Positions 14,413-27,220 of a DNA stretch of 64,000 nucleotides are shown here, piece after piece (within the stretch, counting starts at the first letter, position 1; every line of letters begins with the position of its first letter). The notes under the pieces are model-generated. The model was not told the DNA's origin. It did no database searches and saw only the letters and a list, made by a program, of their open reading frames with translations. This DNA comes from Octopus vulgaris (taxonomy: Eukaryota): contig OX597814.1 in assembly GCA_951406725.2 (NCBI GenBank), forward strand, positions 59,892,001 through 59,956,000, given 5' to 3'. Position numbers and translations under genes: made by a program.

Positions 14413-14414
<2 letters not shown>
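13603..14414 (+). mobile_element. ORF-less fold-back PLE-type/retrozyme-like element with hammerhead
   Basis: Inverted arms 13603-13813 and 13823-14033; direct repeat 13823-13923 vs 14314-14414 (period 491 bp); hammerhead at 14199-14274; (TA)n on both sides. Confidence 0.75.
14199..14274 (+). ncRNA. Hammerhead-ribozyme-like motif (type I topology)
   Basis: CCTTG-CTGAAGA-[long stem II with ATCA/TGAT and GTGAGT/ACTCAC]-GAAA-CCAATTGG-TC-CAGGG. Stem I CCUUG/CAGGG pairs, stem III is the palindrome ACCAAUUGGU, and the site is GUC. The base of stem II is non-canonical. Confidence 0.7.
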
Positions 14415-14477
<63 letters not shown>

Positions 14478-15139
14478 TTATACATATATGCATATATATA
14501 CATATCATTGCTCATATACACACATATAAATGCAAACGTGTGTGCACGTACACACACAGTTGCTCAGATACAGATATGCGAATGAATATGTGTCTGTCTG
14601 ACGTTCAACGTATTTATTATTCGTCAGTCAAAACTAATTTTGCGCGTGAATAATTCAATGCATTGTCTCTGACGATTTTTAACGTAAATAAGAGAAATTC
14701 ATGTAATTCTTACTGTTCTATGTGCGTGTATTGCATGTAACGTCCATTTCCATGTGTGTATATACATGTCTAGTTCTGTATATGCTTGTATCTTGTCACT
14801 GAAAATGGCACCTGTAGGGCAATTTATGTTCTTATTGTCAGAAACATGAAATATTGAATGTAGGAGTGACCATTCGTAGCCAATTTAGTGTATCTCTGGA
14901 AATAAATATTATTTGGATCTCAATAAAACAAGAAGCATTTATTAATATTTAACTGTTGATATTGTTGAAGTTACTATTGAAAGTATTATTCTATAACTGC
15001 CAACTATTCCAACAGACGCTTTCGGCTGACACGTTGTTTAGTTGCACACTTTAATTATCATCAACTCGTATGATCATATTCCTTCCACACTTTTTCTTTA
15101 TGTCTCTATTATATATAAATTTATTATATTATGTTATTG

Positions 15140-16120
<981 letters not shown>

Positions 16121-16156
16121 TATATATATATATATATATATATATGAAGCATTTTG

Positions 16157-18205
16157 CTAGTACTCCCTTGCCGTCAGAAATGACGTCATGAAAATTATAC
16201 TGAAAATGAAATTAAAGATAACAACCTTTATCTTAATACTTCTTTCAACACAAATTTTGTAGTGAAAACGCAACCAGCAATGAGTTTGCCTTGTTTTAGT
16301 TGGTTCTTTACCAACATTTTAATATTAATCCTGTTTGTACTTCTAACCAATATAACATAAAGTTGTCCATGACTGAATACTGGTGATGGTAGAATGATGC
16401 CAACATTATTATGGCCCTGCCCTTGTTATGTTAATAGTGATTGCAAATGCTGGAATAACAGGAAACTGTCTTCTACTCATACGAAAGGGAAGGCTTGTCT
16501 CACTGGGACGGAGGTCGATGCACGAAATATGTAGCTCTCCTTTCTTAATTCCTCTAAGGATTTTTTCATGATTGAAAAATTCCATTGAGTAAACCTCTCA
16601 ATGGGTTCAGGTTCCTTAACAACATAACTATTGAATACCTCTTCAAGGTCAGTATGTGAGGTGACATCCCAGAAAGCGTCAGATAATTTTAAAACTCCAC
16701 TGGATAATGTATAACAGCGTCATAATTTTCTTAAGCAATGGTGTTAACGCTTCTATAAATTGATGCCTCACCAATTGTCAGTGTTTATGTGAAGAAAAGT
16801 TTTGTTTTTAGGTGTCAAAATGATTGTGGATGATACTCTTTCAACTGCCTCATCCTTGTCTAGTAATAATTCTTCACCCAAAACTTCTCTAGCAATGATA
16901 TTTGTAGATACCATGCTTTAGGGAATTTCTATGAGGCTTTCTTCCAGCCCTTCATTGTTCCATTTCCAACCTCTAAGTGCCACCTGATGATGTCATCCTG
17001 TCTAGCCATGCCCATATTTTCAGTCAAACTGAGTTTTGTTACGAAATGCCAGAGGGGAGATTGCTTAACTGAGGACTCAATTACATCTGCATTGGATCCT
17101 CTTGGGATGGTAGATACAGTTTGTCTGAAGTCTCCGCCAAGTAGCAGCACCTTTGCACCGAATGGTCTGGGCGAATTCATCATTTGCCTCAGCAGCAGAT
17201 CAATAGCTCTCAGATCATTGCGTGATAACATTGATACTTCATAAATAGTTAGAAGGTGAGCCTGCTTGAATTTTTCAGATGACTCTGAAGGGATTCTCAT
17301 GTGAGAGTTGGAACTATCATGCAATGGAACTAGTAACCTGAGCCCACAGTGAACAGTCCTTCCATCAATGAGCAAATCGGCAGCCATGCCTGTAGTAGCA
17401 TAGGAAAGGACACACCTGTTTTGCCTTCTTAGAGAAGCTATCAATGTATTGTACAGGTAGGTCTTCCCCGTACCTTCAGGGCCATCGAGGATAAAGAATC
17501 TACTCTGTCTTTCATCGTCATTGATGGCTGCAGTAATGTGTTCAAAGACCTGACGCTGAGCCTTAGTGAAGGATGCAATGCGCCGCGCAATATCAACTCC
17601 TCCAACTTTGTTTAATTTTTTTCTCAGCAGTTACTTCATGAAAGACTGCTTCAGTTGGGACTGAAAAATGCAAATCTCTGCAGCATGGCCCATGCGCTCG
17701 CAGTGTTGACTCATTATCCTTTAATGCTCGCTGGATGGCAACTCCTCGAGTTTTAATTCTTGTGAAAACTTTCATTATCTCCTCTCCACAAACTGGTGGT
17801 ACAGCTGTGAAGGTTTAGCTGTATTAGCTGGGATGTTGAAGATGCAAATGAGAGCAAACAAGTATCTTAACTGAAATGGCATACTTGTAAGGGACGCTTC
17901 TTCAATGCACCTGTGCTATTCGTCATCATTTTGAACTAAATTTCTTAAGAGAGCAGCTTCTTTAAATGAGCTGCAGAGTACACCAACTACTGATTTGATA
18001 TCCTCATAACTTAGAGCTCCAGGAACGTGCAACAACAACAGTCTCAAGTAAAATAGTTCCTCAACCTTCGGGCTAACGGTTTACAGTCTGGAGATGATTT
18101 TATCGCCTCCTCTTTGTCTACGCTTCCATACAGTAGTTTACTTATTGAAGACATAACTGTACGGCATATCCGAATAATGCATACTTTGGGCCTTTTCATC
18201 TGATG
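16157..18205 (-). mobile_element. Decayed autonomous Helitron (Rep-helicase linker + Pif1 helicase + 3' end)
   Basis: FILDGPEGTGKTYLY (motif I), ATTGMAADLLIDGRTVH, VLLLGGDFRQ, RQFPVIPAFAITIN, VFSHGQLYV, ending KFVLKEVLR* at 16228. Linker ELFYLRLLLLHVPGALSYEDIKSV. 3' hairpin CGTCA-GAAA-TGACG (16172-16185) is 11 nt from CTAG (16157-16160). A possible 5' TC end lies near 18882. Confidence 0.93.
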
Positions 18206-18454
18206 TCATTTTGATTTTGACGTTTTCGAGCATGTCATCTTGCATCTTGTGCTCTTCTCTCTTGTCTTATTTCTTGTGATTGATTTAATAATATATTCTT
18301 TAATCTTCTTGCGTCCAGTTTTTCCTGAGTTAGGCTGGGTGTTTTTTGCTTTTGTCTCTTCCCCTCTCTCTCTCTCTCACACACACACAGGCTAACAGTT
18401 GCCTTCTGTTTGCTTCATTCTCCATAACAGAAGAAATAGTATCAGTTAATGGAT

Positions 18455-18609
18455 AACAAACACTATACACTGTAAATAAGTTATGAGATTACGGATGACT
18501 AAAGGTATTAGTCAACAGATAGCAAACAATATATACTGTAAATAAGTTATGGGATTATTGATAATTAAAATAATCAGTGAACTTATCACAAGCACTATAT
18601 ACTGTAAAG

Positions 18610-18610
<1 letters not shown>
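18455..18610 (+). repeat. ~69-bp tandem minisatellite (2-3 copies), probably internal to the Helitron
   Basis: CA(C/A)TATA(C/T)ACTGTAAA recurs at ~18460, ~18526 and ~18592. Confidence 0.6.
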
Positions 18611-18652
<42 letters not shown>

Positions 18653-18895
18653 TGGAACCGAAATATTAGAGAAAATGGCCACTTCCTCTTTCTCATTGTT
18701 ATTACTTTCTCTCAGTCATGGCTATTACTATCACTACTTCTCTCTCAATGGACTACTATTTTCTCTCCTCTCCCTTCATTTATACTACTCTTTCTGCTAC
18801 TCCCACCCACAGCATGATTTTGAACAAATATATACATATATATACAAATATATAAAAACACTATGCTCAATATTATATTGGAAAATTATGTTATG

Positions 18896-18950
<55 letters not shown>

Positions 18951-19235
18951 GACTATGTTTGAGGGAGCTAAAGCTATTTGTAACAACAATGTGCCTCTAT
19001 AATAGGCTCAAAAATATTTTATAACCTTCACAGTGAAAAGTTAACCAGCTTCTCCGCATGTGCAATGGTGTCACTACTAACTCCTTGAATTTTCAAATGA
19101 AGAACGATGTATGTTCACATTTAAAATTTGGTCTAGCCTCAGGCAAAAGTGTAAAGCAGTCATAAAATAGTCCCAAGTCATGTTGGGAGAGTGGCTAAGC
19201 AAGTTAATAAAGTAATACGCTAAAACCACTATCTT

Positions 19236-19510
19236 TTAGAGCCTTATTATATACAGGGAAAATGCTATTAAAAATTCCCTATCGGAGGAGAGGCTAGAAA
19301 TTCTTTTGCTAATGTTTTTAACTAAATTTTTAAACACTATGGGGGGATGGCATGTACCCACAGTTATATAACTAAGTCTATCATTGGGCTTCCTATAAGG
19401 CTTATAAATATTCTCATTTAGATCTAAGGATATATGTAGGAAATTGACAACCGTCAGGTTGGTATCTGTAGTTATGCTTCTTAGCATAACTACAGATACC
19501 AACCTGACGG
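19236..19510 (-). pseudogene. Penelope-like reverse transcriptase C-terminal/thumb fragment with 5' hairpin
   Basis: SITTDTNLTVVNFLHISLDLNENIYKPYRKPNDRLSYITVGTCHPPIVFKNLVKNISKRISSLSSDREF matches the PLE pattern NFLD..L....Y.PY.KPN....YI...SNHPP. A perfect 28-bp inverted repeat marks the truncation. Confidence 0.85.
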
Positions 19511-19526
19511 CAAAATAATGTAAACA

Positions 19527-19569
<43 letters not shown>

Positions 19570-20995
19570 CACTATTGTTTCTAGAGAGAGTCATTATTAA
19601 TTAACACACGCATGTATATATATACATGTATATAGCCGTTAAGCATATATATACATGTATGTATATGTGTGTGTGTGTGTGTGTGCGTACGAGCGCACGC
19701 GCATGTGTGTGTGCGTGAACGTGCATGTGTATGACCGCGTGCGTGGCGTATGTAGGCGTGTGTGTATAACTATCTGTATCTACGCATTTATGTATCATCG
19801 TAGCCATGAGCTTACGACGAAAGCCGGAATATTCTACCCATTTTAAATTCCTATATATTTGGTTGTAAATTAAATACTAGATGTTTGTTGATATTACGCT
19901 GTCCCAACAAAGACGCCAAATGCGTGGAAAATGTAGTGGTTTGGGAGGAATTAGCATATCCGCGAGTTATAGAATTCTTGATGCAGTAGCTACAAATACA
20001 TTATTATCATTCGATCATTTGAAAAGACCATATTAAACGTGCGTAATTTTGATAAATGGCTTTCCATATATTTCACCAAACTTTATTTAATATTTGTGTA
20101 GGCACTGCTACTTTAGACAACTCATCTCCTCACACAGACGGTGATCAAGTTGTCAGTTTTGATAGGAAAATAAGTTGCATGTACCAGCCAACAATATTTC
20201 AACTTTGATGAAGCCAACTCATCAATGTACAATTGATACATATATTTGTACAACTTTCATGATAATAGAAATGGAGAATATAAGGGATGACTATTGAGGA
20301 CAGAGAATTTTGGATAACATCAAAAACTATAAACTCACTTCAGCAATAGTCAGCTTATTTCCTTTGCAACAACTAAGGTAAATAGTGTAATCGATACGCC
20401 AAAACATATTTTACGTTACTAGATATAGTATTCGGTATTAAAGTTAATTAACACGAAGCAGACTTGATTATGAACATCTATGTACAGACCTAAATACAGG
20501 AGTAGCAATAGTACACCTTTTTGCGCGGGTGTGCGTGTGATTGTGAGTGTGTGTGAATGTATGGCAGTGTATGTGTGTATATATTTTTGTATGTATGTAT
20601 ATCAGGTCACTTGTGAGGTTTCCCATGACTGCTACTGGTAACATGGATTCCTGTATAACGTGTTATACGGTCGAGTCGTCGCCGGTGAAACGGGTGAGAC
20701 CAGGTGAAGACGATTGCAACAAACACAACAACAATAAAAACAAGACTACTGAGCCTAGTGTAGCTTCAAAAGTAGCACGGACCCTCAGAAATTTTGGATT
20801 GGTATCTGACATGCTAGAAGACAACTGGTAGTGAAGCACACTTTCGCTTTATTAGACCTAAAATTTTAGGTTCTGCAATTAACGTCGAGGCGACTTCTCG
20901 ATGCCGAGTAGGATGGGAATGCGCCGCGGCGAGCATTGAAAATGCGGACTGGAACCCAATGAGAGTGAGAGCTTGATACATATATATACATATAT

Positions 20996-21545
20996 AAAAA
21001 GAGGGAAAAAGGAGATAAGATTAACACAATTTTATTAATGCATTGACAAAGCCAGGCCTACAATTGTTTCAATTCATCACTTGCAGCATAAAATCAACCA
21101 AGTTTAATTTAATTTAAATCAGTTTAGTTAATTAATACAAGTAAGAATGTTTTCAGACAAGGAGGTACAAATACATTTATCATATTTAAAACATAACGAA
21201 AATATTAAAAAGAAAAAATACAGTGTACCATTAAAGTTTAAGATATATATATTAATAAAGATAGATACAATTATTTAAAAATCACGTATCACCATTATTC
21301 ATATTTTTGCATGGGTATGTTTGCATATATCATTATATTTATTTATAGTAATTTATGGCTATAACTATTTTTTATAACTGTATTTTTATTAATGTATATA
21401 TTTTAAAATTTAATGCTACACTGTATTCTTCCTTTTTAATTTTGTCATTAAATTTGGCCGATTTTATGCTGCAAGTGGGTCTGATCTTGTCAACGTATTA
21501 TTAAAATTTTATTCATCTTTTCTCCATCTTCTCTCTTGTTTTTTT
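20996..21545. mobile_element. Degenerate fold-back PLE-type element with hammerhead remnant
   Basis: The ends are inverted copies (e.g. CACTTGCAGCATAAAATC at 21078 vs GATTTTATGCTGCAAGTG at 21460). Minus-strand GTGATGA-ATT-GAAA-CAATTG-TA at 21059-21080. Confidence 0.55.
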
Positions 21546-21643
21546 ATAATATCGTTAAAACATATGTATGTGCCTGTATTGCTAGGTATTCAACCAGTCT
21601 AATCTTGGAAAGTTTTATCCCCCCGAGGCTTATATCCCCACAT

Positions 21644-21744
<101 letters not shown>

Positions 21745-23166
21745 ATATAAACTCTGTTATTGACATGAGCTCTTTAAACTTAGCTATAAGTGTACGTCTA
21801 TGAACGTTTGTAGGTTTTAAACTTAACCACTTTCTTAGTTTTATAAGAATGTTTTCTAATGACATTTTAAGCGGATATTATAGTCGATTACATAGTATAC
21901 AATATCTAACTGGAATATATTTTATCAATAGCGGAGCTATGATAAACGGATGATTTTTGAGAGATTTGAACTTAGAACCTAACAGGCTTCAACTATATTT
22001 GGCAAATAACTTTTGTCCGTCGCTATAAAGAATCTGATTGAAATGGTAAGGAGTAAAAGTAATTTATTTCAATTTTCCTTGCATAAATTTCCTCTTCACT
22101 TCTTGAATCAAAATAGTGTTTACTTAAATCTTTCCAGTTTTATTGCTTTCAATGACCTCACTGCTTTCCATTATAGTTGTATAAATTAATACTTACAAAT
22201 GTATTAAATGTTTGCTGTGACTGAACTGAAAAGCGTCTTAGCCGAAAATTCTAATCTGAAATACAATCAATAAGCCATTTGATCTTTCGAACGGTTTCGC
22301 ACATATAATAAGCACTGACACTAGAGGCAAACTGAGATTAATAATCATTTGAACTATGTTCGGATCACATAATGCAAAGATGGCTGCCACATGGGACTTA
22401 CACGTGCAGAACACCTGTGTCAGGAAAATAAATTAAAAATCAAGATATTCAAATCCAAGATAACCAGATCAATAATTTTAATATGTGTTTAATCAATTTC
22501 ATCAGTACAAAAATGTCATCATCTTCGAAAAACTGTCTGTAAAATAGGCTTTGTCAATCAAAGATATTCCACAATATAAAAAGTGTTTACACATGAGAAC
22601 TAACTATATATTACTTTGATGCATCGTAGAGTTTTTAAATGAGAAGTGTATCGATATAGCTTAACATAAAATTCATTGCAAACTTCTATTTAGAGATTAA
22701 AGGTATCATTCACGCAGTTATTAGTATAGAATGTGAGAGTTTTCAGGTGATTTCTGAAAAGAAATATCCATGCGTAGTAAGAGAGACAAGTGTATACCTA
22801 CAAATTACTTTGAAGTTACCATTTTACCCTTCTCTCAATGGAAGAGGGACAAAAGTTACTTTTTGAAAAGCAAAGTGTATGAAAAGTAATTTCCGAGCTG
22901 AATATTCAGAAAGAACGTACATTTCAAAGATATCACTTAAACGTTGATAATTCATATGGTGTATATAAGTAAATGTTCTTAGCGATTATACATTTTATAA
23001 ATTTATTACCAGATATGCATACCTAAATGCATGCACTCTTCCATACACACACACGCATACGCGTACACATATACGCGTACGTGCACATGCGCATACACAC
23101 ATGTGTGTGTATATATATACACACACATATACATATATATACGTATATAAATATATAAATACACAC

Positions 23167-23257
<91 letters not shown>

Positions 23258-23263
<6 letters not shown>

Positions 23264-23520
23264 TTACAGAAAAAACAAAAGACGAAGACAGGTGTATGGA
23301 CAACAAGCTGACAGACTGAACAAGAAGCTCGGAAAACTGAGAAAGTCTTGTACGTTTCGAGCCTACGATCTTCAACGGTAAGGAATAACAGAAAATAAAC
23401 AGAGAGGGACTAAAACTCGTGTGGATTTATTGATCAGGCATGGTGACTGGTTAAGAAAATATGGTTTGACAGGAGAGGTAGACAGAAGGAGAGATAATAG
23501 AGTATTGCTAACCCCAAACG
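23258..23520 (-). mobile_element. PLE-type terminal repeat next to (TA)n with hammerhead remnant
   Basis: Minus-strand TTGAAGA-TCGTAGGCTC-GAAA-CG-TA at 23351-23375, in an organisation similar to 33333-33545. Confidence 0.55.
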
Positions 23521-25368
23521 AAGGTGCGCGTGCTTGTTTGCATGTGAGAAGTGTGTATGTGGATAGGGGCTAGGGATAGGGACTTTGATGTGTGTACGCG
23601 AGAGTGTCTGTAATGTGTGGATGCGTGGATGATGGTGTGTGAGAGTGGAGTGTGGGAGTGTTATATCTTGTAATGGTGAGCAATTCTACTTCACTGAAGT
23701 ATTTGCAGCAAACTCGTGACGCTAGACCCAAGGTATTCAAGCTAAACTTATCGCCAGATTCCTTTAAGGCAAGTTTATTATAAGTACTCATATATTAAAG
23801 AATGAAAATATGATGAATATATATGTGTGTGTATGTATGACTGTATAAATCTACATGTGTATGTACCTATGTTAGCATGTGTGTGTATGCATGCATACAT
23901 GAATGCGTGTATGTGTTTGTGATATTCCTGTATGTGTACTTGTATGTGTATGTGTGTATCTGTGTCAGTGCATATGTGTTTGTGTGGCTCGTAAGGAGGG
24001 TAGCTAACATATATAACATATATACGCATATGTATATAAAATGCATGTATATGTATGTATATATATATATATACTTGAATAAATACTGGTATTATTTTGT
24101 GTATTATTCTGGGTAGCTTGCTTGTAACATAGATTTCGATATCAAAAGGTGAGGTTTCTTTGAAGAAATATGTCTGTCACAAAGAATGAAGTTCGAATGA
24201 GTGGAAAATTACTTTGCCGATTAGCTTCGGCTTTTGTTTATTTATTTATTTATTTAATATTTTTTTCCTACTTGGAACTGCACAAAATATTTTATACCAA
24301 AATTTACATTACTAGTATCGAATCTATTTAATGAAGGCTAGATCGGTGATTGTAAAAAATCGAACCCTGAATTTCAGTTCAGAACATTAATCTAATTGAA
24401 CATTTAAAAAAAAATTTTATAGGTCAATATAATACTAACTACTTGTTGTTTAATTTACAGCAGGTCATCGAATATTTGTAGATATAATTGCATCTTTTAT
24501 AATAGGTAATCCGTAGTAACTTATTTGCTTCTACCGACATATAACACCAGATATATCAAAATCTATTAAATAAATACTGATTTCATTCATAGAAATTTTT
24601 TCACATTATTATGTACACTCACAAACACGTATACATGCGTTCTTACATAAATATACATATACGTATGGGTATGATTGCTTTGCACCATTGTACACCAAGT
24701 ACCGGTCTTTAGCAGTAATATGCAGGTGAATAGAATTTTGTTTATAAGAAAATATATATCAATCGATACCTTTTAACTGATCCTTACTCAGCTTAAATTC
24801 TAATAGGTTATTCACCTCATGAATACCACAATTAATCATGTGTTATTTCTCCGATGATCGGAAGATTCACTGTTAAATCAAATTTAATTACATTTTGTCA
24901 TCAGATATATACATGTATACACATATGTATATATATATATATATATATACATATATATACCACGACACATACACACGTACGCAAACACACATATACACAA
25001 ATATCCACATATACTAATACATACATATACGTAAACACGTGTGTATTTTTATATATAAAGAGGAAGTAGAATGAAGTAGTTCAATGTGTGTGAGTATGCG
25101 CGTGCGTGCCTGTATCTACCTTCGTTTCGAAGCTAGTATTGTGGGAATTGCGCTTGTGTTTGCGCTCCACGCTCACCTCTTAACATCTGGTGTTCAGTTA
25201 CTTACGCATCCATAATTTAGATGTTCTGTAAAAATATAACCAATAACATAAGTGCCAACCTTTAAAAATAGTGCTGGGGTTGATGTGTTAAACTAAAACA
25301 CTCCTACGCAGTCCACAAGCTTGACTGCACTCCAATAAAGGAAACAAGTAAATGATAAAACAAAAGAA

Positions 25369-25445
<77 letters not shown>

Positions 25446-25556
25446 GGGGATGGATTGGGAGAGAGGAGGAGTAGGAGACAGATAGACACATAGGCAGACA
25501 GCTAGCTTGATTGGTAGTTTGATATCTGAATGTATATGCACATACAACTATGTGTA

Positions 25557-25617
<61 letters not shown>

Positions 25618-25895
25618 GTCAGACAGACAGACAAACAGACAGACAGATATATACATACCCACTTATATTTGGACTTACATATATACTTCAAACGTGCATT
25701 AATTCAATATTATACAAAATGACTTACTCGAACAAATAAGAATATTAATGAAAAAGTCAAAAGTCAACACACTGTAAAATTAAAATGTAAACAAATCAAA
25801 TTGGATGTAGATGCTAATAATTCTATGTTATATATTACAAGAATTAAATATCACAGATAAGAAGGGGACAAAGCTCTGTTAGAGACAAAACTTGA

Positions 25896-26058
25896 GGCAC
25901 AGGAGTGACTGCGTGGTAAGCAGCTTGCTTACCAACCAGATGGTTCCGGGTTTAGTCCCACTGCGTGGCACCTTGGGCAAGTGTCTTCTACTATAGCCTC
26001 GGGCCGATCAAAGCCTTGTGAGTGGATTTGGTAGACAGAAACTGAAAGAAGCCCGTCG

Positions 26059-26096
<38 letters not shown>

Positions 26097-26300
26097 GGTG
26101 TCTGTGTTTGTCCCCCCAACATCGCTTGACAACCGATGCTGGTGTGTTTACGTCCCCTTATCTTAACGGTTGGGCAAAAAAGAACGATAGCACAAGTACT
26201 AGGCTTACAAAGAATAAGTCCTGGGGTCGATATGCTCGACAAAAGGGGGTGCTCCAGCATGGCCGCAGTCAAATGACTGAAACAAGTAAAATAGTAAAAG
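25896..26300 (+). mobile_element. tRNA-derived SINE (family A), full length
   Basis: Head GGCACAGGAGTGACTGCGTGGTAAG with A box and B box-like GGTTTAGTCCC, an internal (TG)n, and tail GGCCGCAGTCAAATGACTGAAACAAGTAAAA. Matches copies at 42040, 48293 and 57037. Confidence 0.9.
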
Positions 26301-27026
26301 AGGTAAATCTAAAAGCTCAAGAGAGATCTTGAAAGAATAAATGAGAGCACAGAAATGAGGATGAGGGAAATTGAGGACGAGCTGCAGAAAAAAATACATT
26401 TGACACAAAGTAAACAAGGGTTTATCACGTACAATGCGTTCCGCTGTAAAGGACGACACTTTGGGTCACAGCAAATATCCTCCGCAAAGTATTGTCTGTC
26501 TGAGGTTGCATAACTTTATAGAGAGTAAATTAAACGATCCAGTGCCATTACTATTATCACTATGCTAATGAAGGTATATTAGAAATGATTAAAACATTTA
26601 TACATTAAGCACAAGAACTAACATTTTGTGGTAGTGGACGAGGAAGCAGCGGTGATTACTGTTCCACTCCATATTCATCAAAAATCCCGAATGTGCTAAC
26701 TATACTCTTAACAGCGGATAAGTTTAATATCCTGTGTATATTCACATATATGTGCACATGTAAATATGCAGTGACATGTACAAGCAAATGTACAAGCAAA
26801 GAAATATATGTCTCTGTGTGCGTGCGTGAATAGATACAGAGATGCATCTATATATGTTTATATACATATAGAAGCATAATATTACCATGATATGCTTCTA
26901 TCGATAAATACAATGGGCATGTGTCTATGCAGTTATGTTTGTGTGTGTGTGTGTATATATATATAAATATTTATATACATACATACATGCATACATACAT
27001 TCATGTTTTAATATTTTTGTGCGTGT

Positions 27027-27220
27027 AAGGTGGCGAGCTAGCAGAAACGTTAGCACGCCGGGTGATATGCTTATCGGTATTTCCTCTGTCTTTACGTTCT
27101 GAATTCAAATTCAGACGAGGTCGACTTTGCCTTTCATCCTTTCGGGGTCGATACATTTAGTACCATTTGCATACTGGGGTCGATCTAAATTTCGGGCCTT
27201 GTGCCTACATTCGAAAAGAA
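27027..27220 (+). mobile_element. tRNA-derived SINE (family B)
   Basis: GGTGGCGAGCTAGCAGAAACGTTAGCACGCCGGG..GAATTCAAATTC..GTCGACTTTGCCTTTCATCCTTTCGGGGTCGATA. Reverse copies at 48113 and 54030. Confidence 0.85.

Noticed and set aside
16929-17444. Host PIF1 helicase gene
   Set aside because: Intronless, frameshifted, preceded by a Helitron Rep-helicase linker and followed by a hairpin-CTAG terminus.
18455-18610. CRISPR-like repeat-spacer pattern
   Set aside because: Eukaryotic context, only 2-3 degenerate units with mutually similar spacers and no cas genes; it is an ordinary minisatellite.
25896-25970. tRNA gene calls at SINE heads (also 57037 and 62282)
   Set aside because: A/B boxes continue into multi-copy SINE bodies, and no complete cloverleaf is evident.
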